Shown one piece after another: positions 62,001 through 64,000 of a DNA stretch of 64,000 nucleotides. Positions within the stretch are counted from its first letter, which is position 1; the number at the start of each line of letters is the position of its first letter. Both the position numbers and the translations under genes were made by a program. Origin of the DNA: the human T2T-CHM13v2.0 reference genome, Homo sapiens; NCBI RefSeq assembly GCF_009914755.1, contig NC_060934.1; one strand, written 5' to 3'. Under the pieces are notes generated by a model. That model saw nothing but the letters and a program-made list of their open reading frames with translations, was not told the DNA's origin and did not search any database.

Positions 62001-62754
62001 ATGGACGAAGCAGGTTCCAGGCATGGCAGGGACCCCACTTGTGCCACAGCACCAGCTGTGGCCTCTGCGGATCCCCCAAACAGCCCTCCTCCTGACCCAT
62101 CTTGCACGCAGTCCCTGGTGACTCCCTAGAAGTTTGGGAGGGACCCCAGGGGCTGGAGCTGCTGCGATTCCGGGGTCGGCCTCTACCTCGCTGTCAGCCG
62201 TGGAGTGGGTGGCTCAGTTTGCCTTGTTACAGCTGCCTCTTCCTTCTGAGAAATGGAAGATGGTATTTGTAGGAATGCGTTTGTGTGACCGGCTCTAATC
62301 CTCGCAAACATTCCTCACAGGGACTGTTCAGCTTCCCGCACGGAATCTGCGGGGTCGGAGGAAGTCATTCCAGGACTGAGAAAGTGAAGCCTCGTGGTGT
62401 GGAGGCACTGACGCATGGCTCTGTCTAGGAGTCACTGTTGGTACCCCCGGCAGGTCTCAACTGGCGTTGGGCTGGGGACTGTGTCAGCGGGGCCTCCGAG
62501 AGCCTCCTGCTCCCCCTGGGACGTGAATGGGAGATGGTCCAAAATGCAGCTTCTCTTTAATTTGTGTTTGTGTCAATCTTACTATGTACAATTTTTACAA
62601 GTCCAGTGGTCACATGCAATATGTAATGACAAGAATTCACCTTCGTATTTCTAGACGATGTACTGCTGCTGCTGCTTGATCCTTAAGTTTTCAATTTAGA
62701 CGTTAGTTAAGGGCTTTTTCTATGGAAGATGAAGAGGCTGAGATCTCTCCTGTT

Positions 62755-63340
62755 CACTGCCACACATCCACATCCACTCTCACACACACACCCACTCACA
62801 CTCACACACATCCACTCACACACACACCCGCTCACACATTCACATCCACTCTCACACACATATCCACTCACACTCACACACATCCACACACACCCCCACA
62901 CACACATATCCACTCACACACATCCACTCACTGTCACACACATCACTCACACTCATTTACTCACACACATCCACTCACACTCATTTACACACGCACACAT
63001 GCACTCTCACACTCACATCCACTCACACACGCACTCTCACATTCACTCAAACACACCCACTCACACACATCCACTCACATCCACTCACATCCAGACATCC
63101 ACTGTCACACACACGCACTCTCACACACATGCACACAAACACACATACACACACACATCCACTCACACACACCCACTCACATTTACTCACACATATCCAA
63201 TCACACATCCACTCACACACACACCCACTCACACACACACACATGCACTCACACACTCACACACACATATCCACACACACATGCACTCTCACACACATCC
63301 ACTCACACACACATCCACTCACACACATCCACACACACAC
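62755..63340. repeat. CA-rich low-complexity tract (CACACATCCACT variants)
   Basis: Directly visible. Gives His/Thr pseudo-ORFs. Confidence 0.93.
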
Positions 63341-64000
63341 AATGTTTGGCTAACTCAAGACTTGGTGTTTATGTTAATGATTTTAGCCCATCCATGTAGA
63401 GGATTATAGATGTTGCCGGCCCTTTCTTCTCTGTAGCATTGATCCCGGCTTGGTGCTTGGTCTTCAAATTGTTTACAGTGTTGTCACTCAGGAATGCCCA
63501 GCGTGAGGAGAAAGAATCCCCTCTTACATTCATGCTCACACACACATCCACCCTCACACTCTCACACGGCACACGCCTGCAGGTGCCCTCCAGGCCTCCC
63601 CGCGTGCCGCTGGGCTTCCTCACGGCATGGTGGTCTCAGGGCGGTTGCAGTTTCTCCCATGGCAGCCCAGGGCTTCCACGAGGGCAGCACTGGAAGTGGC
63701 AGTGGCCTCTCCGCGGGGCCGGGACAGGGGCAGGTCCCTCCAGTGACTTCTCGGCGGGGCTGCGACAGGGGCAGGTCCCTCCTGCCCTGCTGTGGTCAGG
63801 CAGGGCCCATGGGGCGCCTTTGTCCTGACAGGAGGAGTGGCGGGGCTGGCGTGGCCCCGTGCACCCTCGGCTCTGCAGGCTCCGCTGCCTTCCCCGTCCC
63901 TGTGCTCTCCACCCACCGGCTGGTGGAGAACTGGGGCTGACAGTGTCTGTCTCTCTGTTTGTTGGATTTAGGGGGCTGCTCTCTTCAGGGCCCAGGGTTG

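Noticed and set aside
63940-64000. Possible acceptor (ctctctgtttgttggatttag| at 63971) for the PWWP2B terminal exon
   Set aside because: The window ends before it can be evaluated. The true last exon may lie further downstream.

Overview
GC-rich primate (almost certainly human) genomic DNA, recognisable as the LRRC27-PWWP2B locus of distal chromosome 10q (10q26.3; identified by recalling the protein sequences, not by a database search). On the + strand are the last three coding exons of LRRC27 (3840-3958, 10927-11053, 20568-20744) and the complete 590-aa CDS of PWWP2B (44786-44910 joined to 52225-53872), with a CpG-island promoter and a (CGG)9 tract just upstream of the ATG. The rest is intronic or intergenic: Alus, old L1s, MaLR/ERVL LTRs, a Tigger2 DNA transposon with both TIRs and four nested insertions, and a dense set of minisatellites (including a ~3.7 kb CA-rich array and a ~1.76 kb nearly pure G/C array). 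Almost all long ORFs in the supplied track are repeat or antisense artefacts. I found no evidence for a wholly new gene system. The best leads are regulatory or structural: the G-rich EGR1/Sp1-motif VNTR, the CGG tract with an in-frame CUG, a splice donor inside the PWWP domain, an LTR-donated polyA signal, and a tandem triplication that captured an Alu 5' end.
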